A stretch of DNA of 64,000 nt from Bacillota bacterium (GTDB lineage Bacteria; Bacillota; Dethiobacteria; DTU022), in the NCBI GenBank assembly GCA_019428945.1, contig JAHYJM010000001.1, forward strand, positions 18,267 to 82,266. Direction: 5' to 3'. The notes under the pieces were generated by a model that was given only the letters and a program-made list of their open reading frames with translations, did no database searches and had not been told where the DNA came from. Made by a program: the position numbers and the translations under genes. Shown one piece after another: positions 55,761-64,000 of this stretch; position 1 is the first letter of the stretch; each line of letters begins with the position of its first letter.

Positions 55761-56891
55761 TTAATTTAAAATTGAAAGCAGTATACCCGCTGCAACAGCT
55801 GAGCCAATAACTCCTGCCACATTGGGGCCCATTGCATGCATCAGCAGGTAATTATTCGGATTTTCTTCTTTGCCAACTGTCTGCGATACCCTTGCGGCCA
55901 TCGGTACAGCTGAAACACCGGCAGAACCGATTAGCGGATTAATCTTCCCTTTTGAGATAACATACAATAACTTACCCATTAGTACACCTGCAGCAGTGCC
56001 AAAAGCAAAAGCGGTCAGCCCGAGCAGGATAATTTTGATTGTATCAGGGGTAAGGAAATAAGCTGCCGTCGCTTTAGCGCCAACTGTTAACCCGAGGAAT
56101 ATAACGACAATGTTGTTCAGTTCATTCTGAGCCCCTTTGCTCAGCCGTTCAGTAACACCACTTTCTCTTAAAAGGTTTCCGAACATCAGCATTCCGAGAA
56201 GTGGAAGCGCAGCTGGTAATAAGAGGCCTGTCAGGATTATAACTGCAACCGGGAAGATAATCTTTTCAATTTTCGATACCGGCCTCAGCTGCTCCATTAC
56301 AACGACCCGTTCTTTTTTGCTGGTTAAGAGGCGCATGATTGGAGGCTGAATAATCGGGACCAGCGCCATATATGAATATGCAGCAATGGCAATTGATCCT
56401 AACAGTTCCGGCGCCAGTTGATTGGCTAAAAATATAGCTGTTGGTCCGTCGGCGCCGCCGATAATACCTATAGCGCCTGACTGCTGGGCTGAAAAACCAA
56501 GAAAAAATGCACCTATGAAAGTTAAAAATATACCAAACTGCGCGGCTGCTCCGAGAAGCAGGGTTACGGGGTTGGCAATTAATGGACCGAAATCAGTCAT
56601 TGCCCCTACCCCGAGAAAGATTAAGGGTGGATATATTCCTAATTCAAGACCCTTTGAAAGGTAGTAAAACAAGCCTCCAAGCTCCTGGCCGACTTCAGGC
56701 TGCATCAGAGTACCAAGCGGCAGGTTAACCAGAAGTATTCCAAAACTAATCGGCACCAGTAACAGCGGCTCATATTTTTTGGCGATACCAAGATAGAGCA
56801 AAATACATGCTATCAAAATCATGATAGCTTCGTTTAATTGCATATTTACAAAACCAGTACCTTCTAAAAACTCATATAGAAGGTCTAACAT
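55761..56891 (-). CDS. Na+-translocating decarboxylase beta subunit (OadB/MmdB/GcdB family)
   Basis: [56 protein letters not shown]. Confidence 0.94.
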   Translation of the reverse strand: MLDLLYEFLEGTGFVNMQLNEAIMILIACILLYLGIAKKYEPLLLVPISFGILLVNLPLGTLMQPEVGQELGGLFYYLSKGLELGIYPPLIFLGVGAMTDFGPLIANPVTLLLGAAAQFGIFLTFIGAFFLGFSAQQSGAIGIIGGADGPTAIFLANQLAPELLGSIAIAAYSYMALVPIIQPPIMRLLTSKKERVVVMEQLRPVSKIEKIIFPVAVIILTGLLLPAALPLLGMLMFGNLLRESGVTERLSKGAQNELNNIVVIFLGLTVGAKATAAYFLTPDTIKIILLGLTAFAFGTAAGVLMGKLLYVISKGKINPLIGSAGVSAVPMAARVSQTVGKEENPNNYLLMHAMGPNVAGVIGSAVAAGILLSILN

Positions 56892-56934
56892 TGCGGATCA
56901 ACCCCTTTCATAATCTGCGTAGATGCTCTCTTTG

Positions 56935-57339
56935 TTAGTTCAGGACGATTAAGGGGTCACCGCTGTTTACGGTATCGCCTTTTTTAACCAGAACCTGGCC
57001 GACTGAACCGGCTTGAGGCGCAGTAAGCTCGTTTTCCATTTTCATTGCTTCTAAAACAAGCAGTACATCGCCTTCATTAACACTGTCGCCAACTGCCACT
57101 TTTACTTCCAAAACTGAGCCTGGCATAGGCGCATTTATACTTGCGCTGCCGCCGCTTGCCGCTGCAGATTTATTAGTATTCTCCTGTGGCGGTGAAGCTT
57201 TAGCCGGCGCAGAATTCGTCGCAGGAACAGCTGCCGGAGCTGCAGGTGTGTTTGTAACAACTGGTTGACTATCCGGGGCTTCTTCTTCAACCTGGACTGA
57301 GTATGTTTGGCCATCTACAGTGACTTTAAATGTTTTCAT
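56935..57339 (-). CDS. Biotin carboxyl carrier subunit of a Na+-decarboxylase
   Basis: Ala/Pro linker, APMPG, EAMKMENE. Confidence 0.93.
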   Translation of the reverse strand: MKTFKVTVDGQTYSVQVEEEAPDSQPVVTNTPAAPAAVPATNSAPAKASPPQENTNKSAAASGGSASINAPMPGSVLEVKVAVGDSVNEGDVLLVLEAMKMENELTAPQAGSVGQVLVKKGDTVNSGDPLIVLN

Positions 57340-57721
57340 GATGTTTTTTCCTCCTAATAGTTTCTAGTTCCATTCTGTTTTGCAGCAGAACTCTTCTTCC
57401 TGTTATTTGCCAATTGTCACCGGTCCTGCTTTCACTTGGTTTGACATTAAAACTTATTCTACCAGCCGACGCAAGCAGATTGTTACCCTGCATGTATTGA
57501 TAAACGGCGGCAATAATAGCAGCTGTAATCCTTTTATTATCGAAATCTTTGTTTACGGGAGCAGCTTCTGTAGTTGCCGCACCAGTCACATTTTTCCCCT
57601 TTTTTTCTCTTGTAAAAATCAAGTTAAATAAATGAAGTAAACCATACAATAATAAGAGCGTAAACATTACAACAGCAAATCCGATCACCATTACCTGTAT
57701 TGCAAATTCGATTTTTTCCAT
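57326..57721 (-). CDS. OadG/MmdD-like membrane anchor subunit
   Basis: N-terminal TM (VIGFAVVMFTL), AAIIAAV, W...GR; ATG after GGAGGAG. Confidence 0.8.
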   Translation of the reverse strand: MEKIEFAIQVMVIGFAVVMFTLLLLYGLLHLFNLIFTREKKGKNVTGAATTEAAPVNKDFDNKRITAAIIAAVYQYMQGNNLLASAGRISFNVKPSESRTGDNWQITGRRVLLQNRMELETIRRKKHHENI

Positions 57722-57848
57722 ACAGCAGTTCACTCCTCCAAGAGTTACATATAGATGATTGTAGCATTTTACAGGTGGCATGAAAAGAGCAGTATGCTCT
57801 GTAAGGTCAAATATATACTATTTAAATTCATTGTCAGCAAGGTTAATT

Positions 57849-58673
57849 TCAAGTAATACCCGCACATTCTTTCAATCTGTTCAAATAGTATTTTTCAACT
57901 GCAAATTTACCTGAATATGAAGATGGAGTTAATTCTCCACCATGATAATCAGAGCCACCAGTGATGACCAAACCCATATTCTCTGCGGCCTGCCTGTAAA
58001 TTCTAACCAGATTAGGGCTGTGATCAGGATGAAATACTTCTATACCCTTCAGTCCTAAAACTACCAATTTCTTCAGAGAGTATTTCCCATCTACGCCGGG
58101 ATGAGCCAGTACCGGTACTGCGCCGGAATTTTTAAGCAAATTCAAAACATCTTCAACCTGCACATAATTCCTGGGCACATAAGCAGGTTTATCTCTGCCC
58201 AGGTACACAGAAAATGCCTCATCAAGTGAGTGCACATATTTTTTTTTAAGCAGCAACCTGGCAAGGTGCAATCTGCCGGGAGCGGCGCTTCCGCTTTCAA
58301 GCAGGATATCTTCCATTTTTATTTTGAAGCCTAACTTATGCAGAGCTTCGAGCATTTTATTCATTCTTACATGTCTTTCGCTTTTCATGTCATTTAGTGC
58401 TGCATTTAAATCATTTTTATTGAGCGGGTAGTATCCAAGGATATGAACTTCCCTGCCTTCGATCTCTGTGCTGATTTCAACGCCGGGTACAAATTCTATA
58501 TTATAATTTTTTGCTGCCGCTGCCGCTTTCGCAAGCCCGTCCAGAGTATCATGATCAGTTAAAGCGAAGGCTGCAAGACCTGCTTCTGCAGCTCTGAGAG
58601 ACAGTTCATTTGGGCTGAGCAGTCCGTCTGAGGCATTACTATGCATGTGCAAATCAACTTTTTCTACATTCAT
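57849..58673 (-). CDS. PHP domain phosphoesterase
   Basis: DLHMHSNASDG, ALTDHD, GVEIS, HILGY, LAHP, TGGSDYH. Confidence 0.9.
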   Translation of the reverse strand: MNVEKVDLHMHSNASDGLLSPNELSLRAAEAGLAAFALTDHDTLDGLAKAAAAAKNYNIEFVPGVEISTEIEGREVHILGYYPLNKNDLNAALNDMKSERHVRMNKMLEALHKLGFKIKMEDILLESGSAAPGRLHLARLLLKKKYVHSLDEAFSVYLGRDKPAYVPRNYVQVEDVLNLLKNSGAVPVLAHPGVDGKYSLKKLVVLGLKGIEVFHPDHSPNLVRIYRQAAENMGLVITGGSDYHGGELTPSSYSGKFAVEKYYLNRLKECAGIT

Positions 58674-58813
58674 AGGGTAAAATCCTCCACTTTCAGGTGA
58701 ATCAAAGATAAAACTTATACTCTGGTTGATATCCCCTGAAATAAAAAAAAGACCCTCTGCAGACTAATTTGAGAGGGCGCTTTTAGCATCCTAATGGTGT
58801 CTGTCTGAGCTGT

Positions 58814-59074
58814 TTAGCGAGGTTCAATGATCAACTTTATTGCTGTTCTTTCCTCACCATCAATTTCAATGTCGGTAAATGCAGGGATACAGATTAAATC
58901 TATTCCTCCCGGCGCAACAAACCCTCTTGCAATCGCAACCGCTTTTACAGCCTGATTCAAGGCTCCCGCTCCGATTGTCTGGATTTCTGCTCCACCCTTT
59001 TCCCTGAGCACCCCCGCCAGGGCGCCTGCTACTGAATTTGGATTCGACTTTGCTGAGACCTTTAATATATCCAT
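58814..59074 (-). CDS. spoVS: Stage V sporulation protein S
   Basis: MDILKVSAKSNPNSVAGALAG, IGAGALNQAVKAVAIARGF; AAGGAGG RBS. Confidence 0.96.
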   Translation of the reverse strand: MDILKVSAKSNPNSVAGALAGVLREKGGAEIQTIGAGALNQAVKAVAIARGFVAPGGIDLICIPAFTDIEIDGEERTAIKLIIEPR

Positions 59075-59106
59075 TATTAGATGCCTCCTTTGCGGATTTA
59101 AATACA

Positions 59107-59135
59107 TTATTCTGCTTAATCCACAAAAGTCCTGC
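59107..59135 (-). promoter_or_regulatory. Sigma-H promoter of spoVS
   Basis: Minus strand GCAGGACTT-N11-GCAGAATAA; spoVS is sigma-H dependent in B. subtilis. Confidence 0.7.
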
Positions 59136-59166
59136 CAGAATTATATGAATTATTCGATATTCATTT

Positions 59167-59952
59167 TTAGTTTATAATAAATATTCTTTCTATTGATAGG
59201 GCTTCTCCTCTTATTTCATTAACGGTAATAACTACTGCATTAAATAGTGATTTTCCTCCGCTGATATGGAGCCGATTTGGCAGCCCTGTGGTAAAACGTT
59301 CCAGTGGACCGTCTATATCAACACCCAGGATCGAATTATATAATCCAGTCATGCCCACATCAGTTATATAAGCCGTATTGCCGGGTAGTAATCTTTCATC
59401 CGCTGTCTGAACATGGCTGTGTGTTCCTATAACTGCGCTTACTCTTCCATTAAGATGCCAACCCATGGCCTGTTTTTCTGAAGTTGCTTCTGCATGAAAA
59501 TCAATAATTATTACTTCAGCCTCTTCGTTTACTTTTTTTATTTCCCTGTCTGCAGCTTTGAAAGGACAGTCTACAGGTTTCATAAATACCCTGCCGATTA
59601 GGTTAATTACCGCCACTTTAGTATTGCTTTTTCCTGCTTCATAGATTACTGAGCCATTACCGGGGGTTGTTTCTTCAGGGTAATTAGCCGGTCGGAGCAG
59701 GCATGGCTCATTATCAATAAATTCAAATATATCTTTTTGATCCCAGGTATGGTTTCCACCGGTTACAATATCCACACCTGATAAACGCAGTTCACGGAAT
59801 ATCTCTTCCGTTATCCCCGCGCCGCCTGCAGCATTTTCCCCATTAGCAATGATTACATCGGGATTATATTTTTTTTTCAACTCCGGAAGGTTGCGGCCGA
59901 GTGAATCGCGGCCTGTTTTACCAACGATGTCACCGATTAAAAGAACTTTCAT
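59167..59952 (-). CDS. ymdB: YmdB-like metallophosphoesterase
   Basis: GDIVG, NGENAAGG, GGNHTWD, DFHAEATSEK, GTHSHVQT, TDVGMTG; rny-ymdB-spoVS synteny. Confidence 0.92.
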   Translation of the reverse strand: MKVLLIGDIVGKTGRDSLGRNLPELKKKYNPDVIIANGENAAGGAGITEEIFRELRLSGVDIVTGGNHTWDQKDIFEFIDNEPCLLRPANYPEETTPGNGSVIYEAGKSNTKVAVINLIGRVFMKPVDCPFKAADREIKKVNEEAEVIIIDFHAEATSEKQAMGWHLNGRVSAVIGTHSHVQTADERLLPGNTAYITDVGMTGLYNSILGVDIDGPLERFTTGLPNRLHISGGKSLFNAVVITVNEIRGEALSIERIFIIN

Positions 59953-60066
59953 CTGAATTTCTCCATGTTTCACTGTTTATTTACAGGGAAAGTGCCCTTT
60001 AAGGGGCACTCTCTGATTGTATTTAATCTTCAGGGTTTATTCATGTAAGTTTATTTTGTTGTTTGC

Positions 60067-61602
60067 CTACTTGGCATAATCTACCGCCCTGGTTTCCCGG
60101 ATCACTGTAACTTTGATCTGACCGGGATACTCAAGTTCACTTTCTATTTTCTTGACTATATCTCTGGCAACCTGAATCGAAGCATAATCATCAATTCGGT
60201 CCGGTTTTACCATGATCCTTATTTCACGACCGGCATGAATAGCATAAGCTTTTTCCACACCTTCAAAAGAGTCGGCAATATTCTCGAGATTCTCTAACCT
60301 CTTTATATATGATTCCAGGGTTTCCCGCCTGGCGCCAGGACGAACAGCTGATATAGCATCGGCAGATTGAATCAGGACAGCTTCAAGAGTATTGAAGTCA
60401 ACATCACCATGATGCGCTGCGATCGCGTTTATAATACCCGGTGATTCCTTGTATTTCCTGGCGATATCAGCGCCTATGACGACATGGGAGCCTTCAGTTT
60501 CATGATCGATTGCCTTACCGATGTCATGTAAAAGACCGGCCCTCTTGGCAAAGGTTACATCGAGTCCGAGCTCTGCAGCCATTATACCGGCCAGGTGAGC
60601 CACCTCGATTGAGTGTTGGAGTACGTTTTGTCCGTAGCTGGTGCGGTAACGCAGCTTGCCAAGCAGGGTAACCAGTTCCGGATGAAGACCGTGAACTCTT
60701 GCCTCAAAAGTAGCACGTTCACCTTCTTCTTTGATTTGATTCTCGACCTCTTTACGGGTTTTTTCTACGATCTCTTCTATTCTGGCCGGATGAATTCTGC
60801 CATCACTGACCAGCTTTTCCAGCGCCAATCTGGCAACTTCACGCCTGATCGGATCAAAACCTGAAATGATAACTGCTTCGGGAGTATCGTCGATAATAAG
60901 ATCAATACCGGTTAAAGTTTCGAGAGCTCTGATATTACGCCCTTCCCTTCCGATAATTCTCCCTTTCATTTCATCATTGGGTAGGTTAACAACAGAAACA
61001 GTTGTCTCGGAGACATGATCTGCCGCACATCGCTGTATCGCCAGGGTGACAATCTCACGGGCTTTTTTATCCCCATCAGCCTTGGCCTGACTTTCTATAT
61101 CCTTAACCATTACAAGCATTTCATGTTCAATTTCTTCACGTACACGCTGAAGGAGAAGATCTTTTGCTTCATCTGTGCTCATCCCGGAGACATGTTCAAG
61201 TTCAGCCAGCTGTTGCTGATGGAGCTCTTCAAGCTTATCCCTGAACTTTTTGTTCTCTTCCTCTTTGTCTCTGAGTTCTTCTTCCTTGCGTTCCACATTA
61301 TTGATTTTGCGGTCAAGACCTTCTTCTTTTTGGACCAGTCGTCGTTCCAGCCGCTGCAGTTCAGCACGCCTTTCTTTGCTTTCCTTCTCCAGCTCTGTTC
61401 TTAATTTATGGACCTCTTCTTTTGCTTCAAGTTGTTTTTCTCTTTTTAGAGAATTAGCTTCATGGGTAGCTTCTTCCAAAATCTTTTTTGCTGCCAACTC
61501 TGCAGAAGATATTTTAGCTTCTGCTATCATCTTACGAATAAAATACCCGCCCCCAAAACCTGCAGCCAGGGCGGCTATAACCATAAGTAGACTTTCAAGC
61601 AT
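60067..61602 (-). CDS. rny: Ribonuclease Y
   Basis: N-terminal TM, coiled coil, KH ([12 protein letters not shown]), HD (GLLHDIGK), RTSYGQN. Confidence 0.97.
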   Translation of the reverse strand: MLESLLMVIAALAAGFGGGYFIRKMIAEAKISSAELAAKKILEEATHEANSLKREKQLEAKEEVHKLRTELEKESKERRAELQRLERRLVQKEEGLDRKINNVERKEEELRDKEEENKKFRDKLEELHQQQLAELEHVSGMSTDEAKDLLLQRVREEIEHEMLVMVKDIESQAKADGDKKAREIVTLAIQRCAADHVSETTVSVVNLPNDEMKGRIIGREGRNIRALETLTGIDLIIDDTPEAVIISGFDPIRREVARLALEKLVSDGRIHPARIEEIVEKTRKEVENQIKEEGERATFEARVHGLHPELVTLLGKLRYRTSYGQNVLQHSIEVAHLAGIMAAELGLDVTFAKRAGLLHDIGKAIDHETEGSHVVIGADIARKYKESPGIINAIAAHHGDVDFNTLEAVLIQSADAISAVRPGARRETLESYIKRLENLENIADSFEGVEKAYAIHAGREIRIMVKPDRIDDYASIQVARDIVKKIESELEYPGQIKVTVIRETRAVDYAK

Positions 61603-61651
61603 ATTTTTCACCTCCGTAACCATGATTTAAGTAACATTGATTAGTGCAAAA

Positions 61652-61827
61652 TAAAAACATAAGCTGTGTCCAGGACACAGCTTAAAAGAGAAAGGTCAGG
61701 AAAAGGTTACACTTATCCCTTTACCATAAAGATTATATAAAATTTTAATCTATCCGCAGTGCCCTCAGACACCAGGCTTTCTCTTATCGGTTATGAACTG
61801 AACATATAATCACACATACACGATTCC
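61652..61827 (-). ncRNA. Structured, terminated leader or sRNA upstream of rny
   Basis: Promoter TTGACA-17-TAAAAT (61862-61834); multibranch fold; terminator TAAGCTGTGTC-ctg-GACACAGCTTA-TGTTTTT. Confidence 0.5.
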
Positions 61828-61873
61828 TTTATAATTTTAGCCCTTTAACTAGATTATGTCAAGAAAAGAATCT

Positions 61874-62344
61874 TCAATCAGAAAGTTTGTAATCTCTGAT
61901 CGCTTCGATGATTAAGCTGTCCTGATAGCCTCTTCTTTTAAGAAATCCAACCTGTCTCGATATCCATTTTTCATCGATCTTTCCCTCTGCCGGATATCTT
62001 CTTTCAAGCATATTTTTGATGATCGATAAGTCATCTTCGTTACAAAAACTATCAGCTATTTTTTCATCAATAACTTCTCTGTCAATTCCTTTTAAGCCCA
62101 GTTCATGGCGGACCCTGTTGCGGCCATAGCCTCTTGGTTTACGATAAGTGATATAGTCTTCGGCAAATCTTGAATCATCTATGTAACCGTATTCAATCAT
62201 CTCTGAAACTACCTGACTAATAAGGTCAGGAGCATAATCTTTTCGTAGAAGGTACTCTTTTAGCTCTTTGAGGGTTCTCGCCCTGTATGTGAGATAACGC
62301 AGCGCCCTGCTTCTGGCTTTTTTCAGGTTATTAGAATCATCCAC
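61874..62344 (-). CDS. recX: Regulatory protein RecX
   Basis: ALRYLTYRART..EL, YIDD..FA, ELGLKGI, FLKRRGY; directly after recA. Confidence 0.9.
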   Translation of the reverse strand: MDDSNNLKKARSRALRYLTYRARTLKELKEYLLRKDYAPDLISQVVSEMIEYGYIDDSRFAEDYITYRKPRGYGRNRVRHELGLKGIDREVIDEKIADSFCNEDDLSIIKNMLERRYPAEGKIDEKWISRQVGFLKRRGYQDSLIIEAIRDYKLSD

Positions 62345-62366
62345 TGCATTTCAACTCCATCAACTG

Positions 62367-63431
62367 CTACTGCTTAGCCTCATCTTTAACTGCTTTTTCA
62401 GCAGGAGCTTTTTCTTCTTTGTCTGCTATTACAGGTGTAGAAAGAGGCAGGCCTGCCAGCTTTCTTACTTTTTGATCAATTTCATCCCTGATTTCAGGAT
62501 TATCTTTAAGAAAAGCTCTCACATTTTCGCGACCCTGACCCAATCTTTCCTCTCCGTATGAAAACCATGCCCCGCTCTTGTTGATAACGTTATGTTCCAG
62601 ACCAAGATCTATAAGTGAACCTTCAGCAGAAATTCCAGTTCCGTAGATAATATCGAATTCGGCGATTTTAAAGGGTGGAGCAACTTTATTTTTTACTACT
62701 TTAACCCTGGTTCGGTTACCTATGACCTGATCGGAGCCTGCTTTAAGTGATTCGATTCTCCTCACGTCCATGCGTACTGATGAATAAAATTTAAGCGCTC
62801 TGCCGCCGGGAGTAACCTCTGGATTACCGAACATTACCCCTACTTTTTCCCTGATCTGATTGATAAAAATTGCACAGGTCCTGGATTTACTGATTACTCC
62901 TGACAGCTTGCGAAGAGCCTGAGACATCAGCCTTGCCTGCAGGCCGACATGGGCGTCACCCATTTCTCCTTCTATTTCAGCGCGTGGCACTAGAGCCGCT
63001 ACCGAGTCAATTACAAGGACATCAATTGCCCCGCTTCGAACAAGCGCTTCCGCTATTTCCAGAGCCTGCTCACCTGTATCAGGTTGTGATACCAGTAATT
63101 CATCTAGATTTACCCCCAGATTTGTCGCATACTGAGGATCAAGCGCATGTTCAGCATCGATAAATGCTGCATAGCCCCCTCTTTTTTGTGCTTCGGCAAT
63201 GATATGAAGAGCAACAGTGGTTTTACCTGATGATTCAGGCCCAAAAACCTCAACAACTCTTCCCCGTGGTACGCCGCCAATTCCAAGCGCTGCATCAAGA
63301 GCAAGGCTGCCGGTTGGAATTACTGCCACTTCATAGTTGACATCCTGGCCCAATTTCATTACCGAGCCCTTGCCGAACTGTTTTTCAATCTGTAATAGTG
63401 CTGCTTCCAGTGCTTTTTCTTTTTCCAACAA
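62367..63431 (-). CDS. recA: Recombinase RecA
   Basis: [45 protein letters not shown]. Confidence 0.98.
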   Translation of the reverse strand: MLEKEKALEAALLQIEKQFGKGSVMKLGQDVNYEVAVIPTGSLALDAALGIGGVPRGRVVEVFGPESSGKTTVALHIIAEAQKRGGYAAFIDAEHALDPQYATNLGVNLDELLVSQPDTGEQALEIAEALVRSGAIDVLVIDSVAALVPRAEIEGEMGDAHVGLQARLMSQALRKLSGVISKSRTCAIFINQIREKVGVMFGNPEVTPGGRALKFYSSVRMDVRRIESLKAGSDQVIGNRTRVKVVKNKVAPPFKIAEFDIIYGTGISAEGSLIDLGLEHNVINKSGAWFSYGEERLGQGRENVRAFLKDNPEIRDEIDQKVRKLAGLPLSTPVIADKEEKAPAEKAVKDEAKQ

Positions 63432-63512
63432 GACTTACCTCCTTAACCGGTTTCTTACCGGTTTACTTCTTTTTAATAGTTTATGATTCCTGCCTTCCTG
63501 AACCAGGTAAAT

Positions 63513-63998
63513 TTAATTATCAAACCTTTTCCAGTGTACTGATCTGTATTGCGCTCCCTGCCTTGTCAGTATGCTTTCGAAAAGAGTAACCCCCTCAATT
63601 AATGCCGGTGAAGTAATAAATGTATCTGTTGCATCAAGCATATCTTTGATAACTTTTTCATCGATAGGCTGCCTGATTCTACCTAATGTTAAATGGGGAT
63701 GATAGCTGCGTTTTTCCGGTTTAATGCCTATGCCAGCCAGATCTGAATCAAGCTTATCAGCAAGATCTGTACTTATACTGTAACCTTTTTTCACTGCAAC
63801 CCAGATTACTCTTGCCCTGGCAGTGGAGGGGAATACTCCACTGCCAGAAATATCCAGTTCAAAGGGTTTAAATGATCGCGCCGCTTTATCGATCACATTT
63901 TTGATTAAATCAATATTAGAATCGTCTGTTTCACCGATGAACTTCAGAGTAAGGTGCAGCCCGTCGGCTTTAACCCAGCGAACACCACTTAACTGATG
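63513..63998 (-). CDS. thpR: RNA 2',3'-cyclic phosphodiesterase (2H family), N-terminus outside the window
   Basis: Frame stays open to the window edge: RWVKADGLHLTLKFIG and YHPHLTLGR (two HxT motifs). Confidence 0.88.
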   Translation of the reverse strand, partial: HQLSGVRWVKADGLHLTLKFIGETDDSNIDLIKNVIDKAARSFKPFELDISGSGVFPSTARARVIWVAVKKGYSISTDLADKLDSDLAGIGIKPEKRSYHPHLTLGRIRQPIDEKVIKDMLDATDTFITSPALIEGVTLFESILTRQGAQYRSVHWKRFDN

Positions 63999-64000
63999 TT

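Noticed and set aside
1-64000. CRISPR array, rRNA, IS transposase, defence system
   Set aside because: No repeat-spacer periodicity, rRNA-like tract, transposase or defence-type ORF seen

Overview
Chromosomal segment of an anaerobic, probably spore-forming Bacillota (spoVS, sigma-H-type promoters, T-box, rny-recX-recA), most likely spanning the replication terminus. A 28-bp dif-like site lies at 50057-50084, and the dominant gene orientation switches from + to - near it. The left ~35 kb is an amino-acid/imino-acid catabolic region. It holds MTA-salvage genes, RtcB, an OCD/mu-crystallin protein, a fused serine dehydratase, a tungsten-type aldehyde oxidoreductase, a Liv-type ABC transporter, a Cys/Thr proline-racemase-family enzyme, two head-to-head glycyl radical enzyme systems (HypD plus an unassigned GRE), rocD and proC. 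It also holds a three-gene complex that joins a HydBC/NuoEF (Bfu-type) module to a proline-dehydrogenase/sarcosine-oxidase-like module. The right part is mostly housekeeping (miaB-mutS-mutL-miaA-hfq-hflX, lexA, leuA with a Leu T-box, gltX, Na+-decarboxylase subunits, spoVS, ymdB, rny, recX, recA, thpR), with tRNA-Gln there and tRNA-Trp after hypD. The most interesting items are the putative bifurcating imino-acid oxidoreductase, the unassigned GRE, an unidentified ~290-nt structured RNA with its own promoter, a catalytic-domain-only tyrosine recombinase with a zinc ribbon beside dif, and a terminated structured leader upstream of rny. All calls come from reading motifs by eye; no searches were run.
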